Of a stretch of 50,525 bases of DNA, positions 17,255 to 27,161 are shown in pieces. A model generated the notes under the pieces. That model did not search any database, was not told the origin of the DNA, and was given only the letters and a program-made list of their open reading frames with translations. Both the position numbers and the translations under genes were made by a program. This stretch comes from an uncultured bacterium. Lineage in GTDB: Bacteria > Chlamydiota > Chlamydiia > Chlamydiales > SM23-39. The stretch covers positions 1-50,525 of the forward strand of contig CBDUSP010000003.1 in the NCBI GenBank assembly GCA_965370365.1, given 5' to 3'. Numbering within the stretch: the first letter of the stretch is position 1; each line of letters begins with the position of its first letter.

Positions 17255-19800
17255 TTGAAGTGTTTATTTAGTTTTGATGCAATCTGCATCATGTCGATCG
17301 GCTCTTTAGAGCCAAAGACTTTTTCAAGTTTGCTATCTGGGCAGATGAGGCGTTTGTTTTTTGGATCTTGAAGATCGTGTTTTTTGATGTAGACCCAAAT
17401 TTGTTTTGTCGTCTCTGGACGACTTAAATGTGTTGCGCCAACGACATCAGCGAGCTCTTTAGACAGCTCTTTTTCAGGCTGTTTTCGTGCCGTCTTTTTC
17501 TTAGCTGTTTTCTTTGTTGCTTTTGCTGCCTTCTTCCCTTTTTTTCCGCCGCGCGCTTTTTTTACATATGGCGTTTTTTCATGAGTGGTCCCATATTTTG
17601 ATTCGATTTGATCGAGTTCGTTTACAATCACATCGCAATCAGGGTAGTTGGTGCAAGAGAAAAACGTCTTTCCAAAGCGAGACTTTCTTGCTGTTAGGCT
17701 CCCATCACAGCCAACTGCAGGACAGTTAGGGAGCTCTCCGGGGCTATAGACTCTCTCTCCCTTTTTCGGGATGTTTACGATCCCCTTACAATCGGGATAT
17801 TTTGAGCAGCCGAGGAACGGTCCGAACTTTCCATGGCGAAGAGTCATCTCCTCTTTGCAATTCGGACATTTTTGTTCCCAATCAAAGTTTGGATCATAAT
17901 CTTCTTTGTTAAAGTTGATGGATTCAATGGGTGCGGTAAATGGACAGTCGGGATATTTTGAGCAGCCGTAAAAATACTTGCTTCGCGACCAGATCTTTTG
18001 GAGTTTACTTCCACAGGTTGGGCAATCAAGATCTGTGAGCTCTTTAGGAACGGTGGCTTCTTTTTCCGCCTTTTCAACTAAAGGAATAAAATCCTTCCAG
18101 AACTCTCGAATCAGTTCCTTCCAGTCCTTGTTATGCTCTGCAATCTCTTCAAGCTGATCTTCCATCTTTGCTGTGAAAGAGACGTTCATAATAGGAGGAA
18201 AACTTTCCTCGAGCATCTGGCAGATCACCCTCCCAAGCTCTGTTGGTTTTAGCGCTAGACCTTCTTTTGTCGTATACTCTCTGTTTTGAATTTTGTTCAT
18301 AATCGAGGCGTATGTAGAGGGTCTTCCGATTTCTAAGCGCTCGAGTTCCTTCACCAAAGAGGCCTCAGTAAATCTTGGAGGCGCTTTTGTAAAGGACTGC
18401 GTTTTATCAAGATTTTGGAGATCTAAAGGTGTGTTTTCAACAAGAGGGGGAAGTTGTTTTTCTCCATCCTCGTCACTTAAAGAATCTTGTTTCTCTTCAT
18501 AAGTGGCGAGATACCCTTTGAACTTAATCACGGAGCCACTTGCGCGAAGGGTCATCTCTTGATCTGTTTCGATATCAGCAGAGATCGTATCGTAAATCGC
18601 AGGAGTCATCTGGGAGGCAATGAATCGTCTCCAAATGAGAAGATAAAGTTTATGCTCATCAATGGAAAGATACTGTTTTATAGACTCAGGAGTTCTTTCT
18701 ACAGAGGTTGGACGAATGGCTTCGTGCGCCTCTTGCGCTGATTTTTTGGACTTATAGATTTTCGGTGCTTCAGGAAGATACTCTTTGCCAAAATGGGATT
18801 TAATGTAGCCTCTTGCCTGAGAAAGAGCTTCTGGAGCAACGCTTACAGCATCAGTACGCATGTAGGTAATGAGACCTTCAGTCTCTTCTGGACCCATGTC
18901 AATCCCTTCATAGAGCCCTTGCGCGACGCTCATCGTTCTTGAGGCTGAAAACCCGTAGTGGCGACTGGCTTCTTGCTGCAATGTGGAGGTGATGAACGGA
19001 GGGACGGGATTCCTCTTTTTCTCCTTTCGATCAACTTTCCCAACTCTATATTTCGCTTTTTCTAAACGATTTACAAGTCCAAGTGCTGTTTTTTCATCGT
19101 TTAGTAAGAAGCAAGGCTTGTCTTTGACTTGCTCTTTTTCAACTTTTAAACCCCCAACAGAGTGAAGACTCGCGCTAAAGGAGGTAGGGTTTTTTTCGGG
19201 CTGTAAAAGAGCATCAATTGTCCAGTATTCAACAGGTGTGAATGCTTCAATTGCTTTTTCCCGATCGACGACGAGTTTAAGCGCAACGGACTGAACTCTT
19301 CCTGCAGACGTTCCGCTGCGGCCTCTTTTCACTTTTCGGGTGAGAATAGGAGATATTTTATAGCCGACAATCCGATCGAGGAGTCTTCTTGCTTGCTGCG
19401 CGTTGACAAGGTTGATGTCGATATCGCGGGGGTTTTTAAGGGCTTCTTGAACGGCAGTTTTTGTGATTGATTGGAATGCGGTTCTCTTGATTTTTGTTCC
19501 CTCGGGGAGAATCGCTGCGATATGCCAGGCAATTGCTTCTCCCTCGCGGTCAGGATCGGGAGCAAGGTATACGATGTCTGCTTTCTTTGCGGCTACTTGG
19601 AGCTTTTTAACGACATCTTTCTTGTCGGGCATTGTGACATAAGTGGGCTCGAAGTCATTTTCGACATCGATTCCAAAGCCCTTTTCCGGTAAATCCCGAA
19701 AATGACCAATGGAAGATTCAAAAGAATAGTTACTCCCAAGAAACTTGCGCAAGGTTTTGATTTTTGCGGGAGACTCTACAATAACGAGGGATTTTGCCAT
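17251..19800 (-). CDS. topA: DNA topoisomerase I with zinc ribbons and C-terminal SWIB domain
   Basis: VESPAK, DPDREGE, SAGRVQS, ITYMRTD, C4 ribbons, and IWVYIKKHDLQDPKNKRLI SWIB domain. Confidence 0.98.
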   Translation of the reverse strand: MAKSLVIVESPAKIKTLRKFLGSNYSFESSIGHFRDLPEKGFGIDVENDFEPTYVTMPDKKDVVKKLQVAAKKADIVYLAPDPDREGEAIAWHIAAILPEGTKIKRTAFQSITKTAVQEALKNPRDIDINLVNAQQARRLLDRIVGYKISPILTRKVKRGRSGTSAGRVQSVALKLVVDREKAIEAFTPVEYWTIDALLQPEKNPTSFSASLHSVGGLKVEKEQVKDKPCFLLNDEKTALGLVNRLEKAKYRVGKVDRKEKKRNPVPPFITSTLQQEASRHYGFSASRTMSVAQGLYEGIDMGPEETEGLITYMRTDAVSVAPEALSQARGYIKSHFGKEYLPEAPKIYKSKKSAQEAHEAIRPTSVERTPESIKQYLSIDEHKLYLLIWRRFIASQMTPAIYDTISADIETDQEMTLRASGSVIKFKGYLATYEEKQDSLSDEDGEKQLPPLVENTPLDLQNLDKTQSFTKAPPRFTEASLVKELERLEIGRPSTYASIMNKIQNREYTTKEGLALKPTELGRVICQMLEESFPPIMNVSFTAKMEDQLEEIAEHNKDWKELIREFWKDFIPLVEKAEKEATVPKELTDLDCPTCGSKLQKIWSRSKYFYGCSKYPDCPFTAPIESINFNKEDYDPNFDWEQKCPNCKEEMTLRHGKFGPFLGCSKYPDCKGIVNIPKKGERVYSPGELPNCPAVGCDGSLTARKSRFGKTFFSCTNYPDCDVIVNELDQIESKYGTTHEKTPYVKKARGGKKGKKAAKATKKTAKKKTARKQPEKELSKELADVVGATHLSRPETTKQIWVYIKKHDLQDPKNKRLICPDSKLEKVFGSKEPIDMMQIASKLNKHFK

Positions 19801-19839
19801 GTTAATTCCTGGGACGACTCCGGTATACTAACGAACTTG

Positions 19840-20946
19840 TTAACAAAGCGCAAGATTAAACTCGATACACTTATCTAATACAAAAGTTTGGAATTTGCGG
19901 CGAAAAATTTCTAAAGAAAATTCTTCTGCACGGACTCTGCATTCTTTGGGGTCGAATGTAAGGTTCTCAAATTTTTTAACACCCTCGATTAGGGATGCGG
20001 GAGTCTGTTCCGAGAAGAAAACGCCAGTGATCCCAGGGATCACTGTTTCAAGAGCTCCCCCAATGCCTAAAGCAATAACGGGAGTGCCTGAGGCCATTGC
20101 CTCAACAGGTGCAATTCCAAAATCTTCAATGGCAGCAAAGACAAATGCCTTTGCGTTTTGAAGATATTTTTTGAGCTCACTCTCTGTTTGATACCCAAGG
20201 AACACAATGTTTTGCGTGGCTTTTTTCTCAAGTTTTTTTCTTTCAGGGCCCTCGCCAATAATGAGCAGTTTTTTGTCGGGCATTTGCGAAAAAGCCTCTA
20301 CGAGAAGATCGACTCTTTTATTTTGAACAAGGCGAGATGTACTTATGTAGTAGTCCTCTTTTGTTTCTTTGAGTTCGAAGAGATGCGTATTTACGGGGGG
20401 ATAAATCACCTCAGCCTCTCGTGCATAGAATTTTTTGATTCTTCCAGCAACATAGTTAGAGTTTGCAATGAAGTGGTCGACTCTATTTGAGACCCTAGCA
20501 TCCCAGTTACGAATATATTTAAGAAAACCAGTAGCTAGAAGTTTTTTAGGCCCGCGGGTATCTTTTAGGTAATTATCCATCAAGTCCCACGCGTAGCGAA
20601 CAGGTGTGTGGCAATAGCAAATATGGAGCTGTCCCGAGCTTTTTTTCACGCCTTTTGCAACGCAGTGAGAAGAGGAGATGATGAGATCAAACGAACTCAA
20701 ATCAAAACTTTCGATTGCGAGAGGAAAGAGGGGGAGATAGTTACGATATTTTTTAAAGGCGAACGGTAGCTTTTGAATAAATGAGGTGTGAATTTCTAGA
20801 TCCTGGAAGTAAGTGCCTTGAAGTTTTTCCGGATCTGACAAGAGTGTATAGATGGGTGATGGCAGAAGTTTGTGGATTTCTTTTAGGACATTTTCTCCTC
20901 CTCCGACTGCAGAGGTGAGCCAATCATGAACGAGAACGCTTTTCAT
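19840..20946 (-). CDS. Glycosyltransferase family 4
   Basis: VHDWL..GGGE, CYCHTP, EDFGIAPVEAMASG. Confidence 0.92.
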   Translation of the reverse strand: MKSVLVHDWLTSAVGGGENVLKEIHKLLPSPIYTLLSDPEKLQGTYFQDLEIHTSFIQKLPFAFKKYRNYLPLFPLAIESFDLSSFDLIISSSHCVAKGVKKSSGQLHICYCHTPVRYAWDLMDNYLKDTRGPKKLLATGFLKYIRNWDARVSNRVDHFIANSNYVAGRIKKFYAREAEVIYPPVNTHLFELKETKEDYYISTSRLVQNKRVDLLVEAFSQMPDKKLLIIGEGPERKKLEKKATQNIVFLGYQTESELKKYLQNAKAFVFAAIEDFGIAPVEAMASGTPVIALGIGGALETVIPGITGVFFSEQTPASLIEGVKKFENLTFDPKECRVRAEEFSLEIFRRKFQTFVLDKCIEFNLALC

Positions 20947-20980
20947 TGTTTGTATTTTAACCTATTTCCAAATAAAATAA

Positions 20981-21508
20981 ATGCCTGATATGACAACAGA
21001 ACTCTCTCTTGCTGGACGTGGGCTCACTTCGGATCAACTTCGATTGAAGAAATTCCACAGCACAGTAACAAAGATCGACTTAAGCGACAATCAACTTACA
21101 ACGCTGTACGGAGTGCGGTTTCCTGAAGGATTGGAAGAGCTTATTTTGAAAAACAACGCATTGTTTTTTGATGCTGCGAGGGAGCCATATCCATCTCGAA
21201 GTCTTCTTTCTGGTGAGCGTGATCCGAGCTATGTTTCTTCCTTTCCTCCCAATCTAAAAATTCTTGATCTTAGCGGTACTCTATTTTCTCTTCACGACGA
21301 TTTAAAACACCTTACAAAACTGGAAAGCCTTATCTTAAGAGGAGCGAGGGTTTCTCCTAAAGCTCAGATACCTAAGTCCTTAAAGACAATAGATCTGCGG
21401 CGGGTCGTCTTTGCGAATCCCAAAGATCTTGAGTATAGAGCTATCCCCTGGCAGGCTTCTAAGGGCAAGCTTCAACAGCTGTTCCCCAAGATTGAGATTC
21501 TGCATTAA
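20981..21508 (+). CDS. Small leucine-rich-repeat protein
   Basis: LxxLxLxxN repeats (IDLSDNQL, LEELILKNN, LKILDLSG, LESLILRG, LKTIDLR). Confidence 0.8.
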   Translation: MPDMTTELSLAGRGLTSDQLRLKKFHSTVTKIDLSDNQLTTLYGVRFPEGLEELILKNNALFFDAAREPYPSRSLLSGERDPSYVSSFPPNLKILDLSGTLFSLHDDLKHLTKLESLILRGARVSPKAQIPKSLKTIDLRRVVFANPKDLEYRAIPWQASKGKLQQLFPKIEILH

Positions 21509-21550
21509 TGTTGAACTTTGCTATAATGGGGTCTTTTTTGAGCGGTAGAG

Positions 21551-22099
21551 ATGATTAGCGTTTCGAATGTTTTGTCTTTTTTGAGGGTTCCTCTCGCATT
21601 TTTATTTTTAGTCGAGAGTGCTTCCCTACGTTGTTTTGCGATTGTTTTGGCTATGATTACAGATAGTGTAGATGGCTATCTGGCAAGAAGAAACAACGCG
21701 GTCACAAAATTTGGGATGATTCTCGATCCTCTGACAGATAAATTTTTTGTTTACTTTGCCTTAAGCTCGCTTTTTGTTGAGGGACGGTTATCTTCTTGGC
21801 AAGTGGCTGCGATGCTATCAAGAGATATTGCCGTTTTTGCATATAGCCTTCTGATTCTCCTCATGGGTCGAGCAAAGTCGATCGCTTTCCGTTCTCTTTG
21901 GGCGGGCAAGGTCTCGACGGCGCTCCAATTTATTGTTTTAATTGGGATTGTCTTTGATCTGTCTTTTTCTTGGATCACATATAGCGCATTTTTTGTGATG
22001 GGAGGGATTGCATTTATGGAGCTATTCCAAAGTTCGAAAGGGGTTTGGAGTCCATTTCAAATGTTTCATGTCGGTTCGGCAAATGATCACAGACGATGA
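21551..22099 (+). CDS. pgsA: CDP-alcohol phosphatidyltransferase (PgsA-like)
   Basis: TDSVDGYLARR...FGMILDPLTDK signature; TGCTATAAT extended -10 at 21519. Confidence 0.85.
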   Translation: MISVSNVLSFLRVPLAFLFLVESASLRCFAIVLAMITDSVDGYLARRNNAVTKFGMILDPLTDKFFVYFALSSLFVEGRLSSWQVAAMLSRDIAVFAYSLLILLMGRAKSIAFRSLWAGKVSTALQFIVLIGIVFDLSFSWITYSAFFVMGGIAFMELFQSSKGVWSPFQMFHVGSANDHRR

Positions 22100-22865
22100 G
22101 CTGCTTGCTCTTAGCCAGTCTGGATTTATTCCGGGCCCTGGCGAGGTAGAAGAAAATTTTCTCCACCGAGTTTCTTCGACGAAGCAAGCATTTTTGAAGT
22201 TAGGTGTTTCTGCGATTCCTGAATCTCATTGGGAGTGGGTGGGAGCCAAGCTCCGCAAGTTATTTGGTTTTACTCCCGATTCCCTTCCTGCGTTTTATTC
22301 GAATCGGTCGCTCTCGCCTTGGCAGGGAGCCGCTGCTTGGGTGGAAAGGGGGCAGATTATTGCCATTCAGTTAAGGAATGCGTTTAAAAAAGGGTCTTTT
22401 TTGAGGATGTATCAGCGCAGTGAGATTCTCTCGCATGAGGCAGTGCACGCGGCAAGGTCGGCATTTCCTAAAGATCCTTGGGACGAGTTTTTTGCGTATA
22501 TGGTTTCTGAAAAATCATGGAGGCGCGCGTTAGGTCCGATTATTCAAAGGCCTTGGGAAGTTTGGCCGTTTCTTGTTTTTTGTGTACTTGGTGCCCTGGA
22601 TGCGATTTTCTTTTTAGGGGCAGCTGCTTGGATTGGGGCTGGTTTTTTTCGATTGATCCGGGCTCACCTAACATTGACCAAAGCAAGTAAAGAGCTCCAA
22701 AAACAAATGTCTGATGATGATGCAAGGGCGCTTCTTTTGCGTCTAACGGGAGAAGAAATTCAAAGCCTATCTAAAGGCAAAGAGATTAAAATAAGCGAAG
22801 ACTTACGTGGACGCTTAATTGCAATTTATAAAGAAGGAACAAATGGCAGAAAAAATCACTGTTAA
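22083..22865 (+). CDS. Hypothetical membrane-anchored protein with HExxH motif
   Basis: LSHEAVHAAR followed by DEFFAY and a hydrophobic hairpin; ATG at 22083 overlaps the pgsA end. Confidence 0.7.
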   Translation: MITDDELLALSQSGFIPGPGEVEENFLHRVSSTKQAFLKLGVSAIPESHWEWVGAKLRKLFGFTPDSLPAFYSNRSLSPWQGAAAWVERGQIIAIQLRNAFKKGSFLRMYQRSEILSHEAVHAARSAFPKDPWDEFFAYMVSEKSWRRALGPIIQRPWEVWPFLVFCVLGALDAIFFLGAAAWIGAGFFRLIRAHLTLTKASKELQKQMSDDDARALLLRLTGEEIQSLSKGKEIKISEDLRGRLIAIYKEGTNGRKNHC

Positions 22866-23748
22866 TGGGAAGGGAAAAGACCCTTTTGAGTTTTGTAAAG
22901 AGTTAGAGAATGGGAATATTCTTTTTTTCCCAGAGACTCCTTTTGCTTTTCCTCAGGATGAAATCCAATTTTTATTAGAGCAGCGTCAAGGGGGCTCGAA
23001 AGGGCGTAAAAATGTTGCTTACAAGCCTGCAATTGATAAAGTGACAAATCACGGAGGAGCAACACCAGAAGAAGCGGTTCAGATGCACTCTATTTTGCGC
23101 AATTACTCAAACAGGGTGACTGAATTTTTAACAACTCTTCTGGAGCCTTACGCAGCGAAGTGGAGACTTGATTATGCGAGTTTTCGTCCCTTTCAAGAAA
23201 AAGGGAGAAATCTTCGTCTAAGAGCGCGCAATGACTTGTTGCATGTTGATTCATTTCCAACAAGGCCGATGCATGGAGGAAGGATCTTGCGTTTTTTCAC
23301 CAATATTAATCCGACAGAATCGCGTCATTGGATTACTTCAGATTCCTTCAAGGAGCTTGCCCAAAAATATGGGGGTTCTCAAGGGGTTGCTTTTCCGAAA
23401 GGAGAAAAGCACTCACTCAAGAGTCTTCTTGCGCGCAAAATGAAAGAAGGGCTCAAGAAAATGGGCTTTAAAGTGACCCTTCGCTCTCCCTATGACCGTT
23501 TCATGTTAGGGATGCATCATCACATGAAGGAAAATGAAGCGTTTCAAAAGGACTGCAAGAAAGATCACTGGGAGTTTCCACCGAATTCTTGCTGGATGGT
23601 GTTTACAGACCAGGTGTCGCATGCGGCGCTCTCTGGGCAGTACGCTCTCGAGCAAACATTTTTTATCCCGCGAAATGCGCTATTGCGCCCAGAAGAAGCT
23701 CCTGTAAGCATCCTGGAGAGGATTACCGGCGAGAGCATGGTTTTATAG
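22843..23748 (+). CDS. kdoO: Kdo hydroxylase family Fe(II)/2-oxoglutarate dioxygenase
   Basis: SFRP, RNDLLHVDSFPTRP, RILRFFTNINP, YDRFML..HH.MKEN, FTDQVSHA, GQYALEQT. Confidence 0.85.
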   Translation: MAEKITVNGKGKDPFEFCKELENGNILFFPETPFAFPQDEIQFLLEQRQGGSKGRKNVAYKPAIDKVTNHGGATPEEAVQMHSILRNYSNRVTEFLTTLLEPYAAKWRLDYASFRPFQEKGRNLRLRARNDLLHVDSFPTRPMHGGRILRFFTNINPTESRHWITSDSFKELAQKYGGSQGVAFPKGEKHSLKSLLARKMKEGLKKMGFKVTLRSPYDRFMLGMHHHMKENEAFQKDCKKDHWEFPPNSCWMVFTDQVSHAALSGQYALEQTFFIPRNALLRPEEAPVSILERITGESMVL

Positions 23749-23829
23749 AGGGCGCTTTCTGTTCATTTTTTGAGCTGAATAAATCTGTGGGATCAACATT
23801 CCTACTCGAGAAATTTTAATGTGTTAGCC

Positions 23830-25044
23830 CTAGCTTCTTTGAAGGTGTTTTCGGTTTTTTGCGGGAGAAATTTTTAATTCTTTTCGGTATTTAGATACTG
23901 TTCTTCTGGCTACCGGGTGACCCCTTTTCTCGAGTTCGGTTGTAAGTGCATCGTCAGATAAAGGACGTGTCTTATCTTCTTCCCTAACAATCTGTTGAAG
24001 AACTTCTTTAGCTTCTCTCTTTTTTGGGGATGCGGTGATTAGGGATTTTAGGAGAAGGAGTCCTCGTGGTGTTTCTGCGTATTTTCCTGAAAGAGCGCGT
24101 GAAAGCGTCGATTCGTGAAGGCCTAATTCTTGCTTTAACTCTTCGATTGTCAGAGAGGCAAGAGGTCCTTTTTGTGCAAGATACTGGGATTGGCGGCGGA
24201 CGATTTTGGCACCGATTTGGAGAAGGATCTCTTTGCGTCTTGAAAGGGAGTTTAGGAGGCCTTTGCCTTGAGAGCCCCAAAGTTGGAGGGTCTTTTTTTC
24301 GTCATCTGTTGCTGGAGTAACTCCCTCATATTGTTCACTTAAAACAACTTGAGGAAGTTCGTCTTCAAGCGCACCTACCTCCCACCCCGTATCGGTTTTT
24401 CGAATGAAAATATCGGGGGTAATCGGGCGCGCAGTTTCTTGTTTTAGAGACTCGAGAGGGCGCATTTGAAGGTGGGAGAGTTTTTCAATAGCTTGCGCGA
24501 GATCAGTGGACGAACATTTTTTCTTAAGGAGACTATATCTTCCATGGAGAAGATCTAAATAGTGATCTTGGACAAGCGTATATGCCGGCGTATTTTTTTT
24601 GCCCTGATCCCTTAACTGAATGAGCAAACCCTCCTGGAGGTTTTTTGCAAAAACTCCAGGAGGGTCAAACGTTTGAAGAATCTTTAAGACTTCTTCTAGT
24701 TTTGGAAGGGACTCATCGATTGTTTCAAGAGATACTGAGAGAAACCCTTTTTCATCTAGGTTCTCGAGTAGTTTTTTTGCGATTCGTTCATCTTTTTTTT
24801 CGGGAAAGCTTTCTTTAATTTGAGCCTCAAGATGATCATAAATAGAAAAAGAAGCGGGAATATCTCGATCAAACGTAGGGGATTTTGATCTCGAGATTTC
24901 CTCGAGAAGCGGATTTTTATCGATCTCTTCTCGTAAGAACTGGGCAAGCTCTGCCTGGGGCATTTGCAAGATGCTTAAAGCCTGCTGCATTTGGAAAGTC
25001 ATTACGAGGCTTTTTTGAGGGGCTACTTGAAGATTCTGGCGCAT
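23830..25044 (-). CDS. rpoN: RNA polymerase sigma-54 factor
   Basis: Q-rich region I, LHESTLSRA HTH, ARRTVSKYR RpoN box. Start placed at MRQNL (GGGGAG RBS, conserved in the duplicate). Confidence 0.96.
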   Translation of the reverse strand: MRQNLQVAPQKSLVMTFQMQQALSILQMPQAELAQFLREEIDKNPLLEEISRSKSPTFDRDIPASFSIYDHLEAQIKESFPEKKDERIAKKLLENLDEKGFLSVSLETIDESLPKLEEVLKILQTFDPPGVFAKNLQEGLLIQLRDQGKKNTPAYTLVQDHYLDLLHGRYSLLKKKCSSTDLAQAIEKLSHLQMRPLESLKQETARPITPDIFIRKTDTGWEVGALEDELPQVVLSEQYEGVTPATDDEKKTLQLWGSQGKGLLNSLSRRKEILLQIGAKIVRRQSQYLAQKGPLASLTIEELKQELGLHESTLSRALSGKYAETPRGLLLLKSLITASPKKREAKEVLQQIVREEDKTRPLSDDALTTELEKRGHPVARRTVSKYRKELKISPAKNRKHLQRS

Positions 25045-25090
25045 ATTTCTCCCCATAGCATATAATTCTCTGCCTGACAATAGGGGGAAC

Positions 25091-25385
25091 ATGAAGGCCG
25101 GTGTTTTTTGTCATAATGGACTTGGAGATGGCGTCAATTGTCTTGTTCTTTCCAACAATTTGCATCTAAATGGCTGGGACGTCGATACCTATCAAAACTC
25201 GATTAGATCAATGCAAAATTGGTTCCCCCATCTTCCTGTTCAGTTGTATCCAAAACTCGAGGAACTGCCCCGCATTTTATTGACGTACCAACGAGCGCAA
25301 GGCCCACGCGTAATTGGCCGAAAGAGCAATTTGTAAAGCTCGCTTTACACTTAGAAAAAAAGGGCTATGAAGTGGCGTTTATTCC
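25091..25385 (+). pseudogene. Internally deleted duplicate of the GT9 glycosyltransferase
   Basis: Matches 27162-27359, skips about 295 bp, matches 27655-27751, then is cut by a MITE end. Confidence 0.92.
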
Positions 25386-25457
25386 GATCTCCAAATTAAC
25401 TTTTTCGGTGGATTTTGGTCGAATGGCTGGCGAATGAATTGATCAGTGTCTCCTTAA
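25386..25457. mobile_element. Family A MITE half-element
   Basis: Near-identical to 31-97; ends AATTGATCAGTGTCTCC then TTAA. Confidence 0.7.
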
Positions 25458-25478
25458 GTTGCAAAATTCATAAGCCGC

Positions 25479-26435
25479 TTATTGAATTACGCAATACTCA
25501 GATGCTTTCTCTTGATCAGCTAAAATCTGAGCACGCTTTTCTTGAAAAAATCGAACCATGTCTATCTTCCCATTTGCAGCTGCGACCTTGCTCGGAGTTC
25601 TCTCACATCCATCTTTCAATTCCATATTTGCTCCATTCGCAATCAAAAATCGAGCCATGTCTATCTTCCCATTTGCAGCTGCGTAGTGAATTGGGGTCAT
25701 TCCGTAGGAATCTTCCTGATCTGCGCTTACTCCATTCTCAAGCAAAACTTGAACAATTTCTTTATGTCCCATATAAGCTGCGAAGTGAATTGGGGCGTTG
25801 TCAAGTTTAGTTTTCTGATCTACGCTTACTCCATTCTCAAGCAAAACTTGAACAAGTTCTTTATGTCCCCCAGCAGCTGCGAAGTGAATTGGGGCCATTC
25901 CGTAGGAATCTTCCTGATTTGCGTTTGCTTTATTCGCAAGCAAAACTTGAGCCATGTCTATCTTCCCATTTGCAGCTGCAAAGTGAAAAGGAGCTAGATT
26001 GTCAAAGGCAGTTTTCTGATCTACGTTTGCTCCATTATCAATCAAAGCTTGAACATTTTCTTTACGTCCCAAATAAACTGCATGGTGAAGAGGGGCTGCA
26101 AGGTGAAGAGGGTTTGAGCAAGAACGGAAACCGGGCTCTGTGCATTCGCGATTCAGATTCAGATTCTGTTTGACTTGCTCTTTTTTTAACAACTCGACGA
26201 ATGCCTCTGGATTCATAACTACTGCAGCTCTATGAAGAGTATATGGTTGCTTTTCTACAGCAGACCATGCCTCGGAGAAGTTTACAATAGCAGCTTGCCA
26301 TACAGATGTCACTGTGCTCAGCTCGCAAAGCTGTGCAGAGTCTTTCGCAGCAAATCGCGCTATTCGTTGTGCAAAAACAGCCATTAATAAAGGGTTGTTA
26401 GCTGTATCTACTGATTTAGAATTAATGTTGTTCAT
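25479..26435 (-). CDS. Ankyrin-repeat protein with possible N-terminal F-box-like motif; candidate effector
   Basis: About 6 ankyrin repeats (APIHFAA..GH.E.VQVLLENG) with DNA-level internal duplications. N-terminal RIARF..DSAQLCELSTVTSVW resembles an F-box. Confidence 0.88.
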   Translation of the reverse strand: MNNINSKSVDTANNPLLMAVFAQRIARFAAKDSAQLCELSTVTSVWQAAIVNFSEAWSAVEKQPYTLHRAAVVMNPEAFVELLKKEQVKQNLNLNRECTEPGFRSCSNPLHLAAPLHHAVYLGRKENVQALIDNGANVDQKTAFDNLAPFHFAAANGKIDMAQVLLANKANANQEDSYGMAPIHFAAAGGHKELVQVLLENGVSVDQKTKLDNAPIHFAAYMGHKEIVQVLLENGVSADQEDSYGMTPIHYAAANGKIDMARFLIANGANMELKDGCERTPSKVAAANGKIDMVRFFQEKRAQILADQEKASEYCVIQ

Positions 26436-26572
26436 AATAGGCCTTTTGTATTGAACTTAAATTAAAAATTAATGTTCCGATTTCCTTGTTAAGGAAGAAA
26501 ATAAGTTTTGTGTAAATATTATAGCATAAGTGTTTGTTTTTGTCATTCCAATAAAAATCCAAGCGGCGATCT

Positions 26573-26741
26573 CTAGGGAACCACTGATCAATTCATTCAC
26601 CGAATCTTTCCGCGCTTTTTGACAGCTTTTGACTTTTTCGAACTCACTAACTTACACAAGTTAAAGTCGTTCGCAAAAATCGAAACCTGCTGAAAAACCA
26701 TCGAAAATCTTCGGTAAAGCAATTGATCAGTGTCTCCCTAG
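26573..26741. mobile_element. Palindromic MITE-like element, family A (full copy with CTAG flanks)
   Basis: GGAACCACTGATCAATT ... AATTGATCAGTGTCTCC flanked by CTAG/CTAG; colinear with 5637-5806. Confidence 0.8.
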
Positions 26742-26854
26742 GGTGTTGTTGTGTAATTCACTTAGGTCATTGATAATCAGTAAGAATTGTTTCGAACGGA
26801 AAACTCACAAGCTCCTTAGCATCAATAGGATATACCCTTCTTTTTGAATTACGC

Positions 26855-27010
26855 CTCTGTACCGGACAAAAAATAATTTGATGAAAAGAACTCACCCTGT
26901 GTGAATCATACCTTCCGTTGTTTAGCGAACTTAGGAGGACTATGAATCACTTGGGCGAGTTACAAAGACTTTTGGCTAAAACTCTAAATTGGAATAAGGC
27001 AAGAAATGGA
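26855..27010 (+). mobile_element. IS4-family left end and transposase N-terminal fragment
   Basis: CTCTGTACCGGACAAAAA terminal repeat-like start, AGGAGG RBS, and ORF start at 26942 MNHLGELQRLLAKTLNWNKAR (WNKAR recalled from IS4-family transposases), truncated at the rpoN duplicate. Confidence 0.6.
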
Positions 27011-27112
27011 TTTTTATCGATCTCTTCTTGAAGGAATTGAGCCAGCTCTGCCTGAGATCTGAAAGGTCATCACAAGGCTTTTTTGAGGGGCTACTTGAAG
27101 ATTCTGGCGCAT
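27008..27112 (-). pseudogene. Duplicated, internally deleted rpoN 5' fragment
   Basis: Encodes MRQNLQVAPQKSLVMTFQ, then after a deletion QAELAQFLQEEIDKNP; matches 24911-25044. Confidence 0.88.
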
Positions 27113-27161
27113 AATTTCTCCCCATACCATATACTCCCCGATTCGACAACCGAGAAGGGAT

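Noticed and set aside
17251-17500. Eukaryote-like SWIB domain fused to topoisomerase I
   Set aside because: A known chlamydial feature; useful for taxonomy, not novel.
24917-25165. Paired minus-strand ORFs MQIVGKNKTID (also 26976-27236)
   Set aside because: Antisense by-products of the rpoN/GT9 duplication.
25415-26173. Plus-strand repetitive ORFs overlapping the ankyrin gene
   Set aside because: Antisense shadows of the ankyrin repeats.
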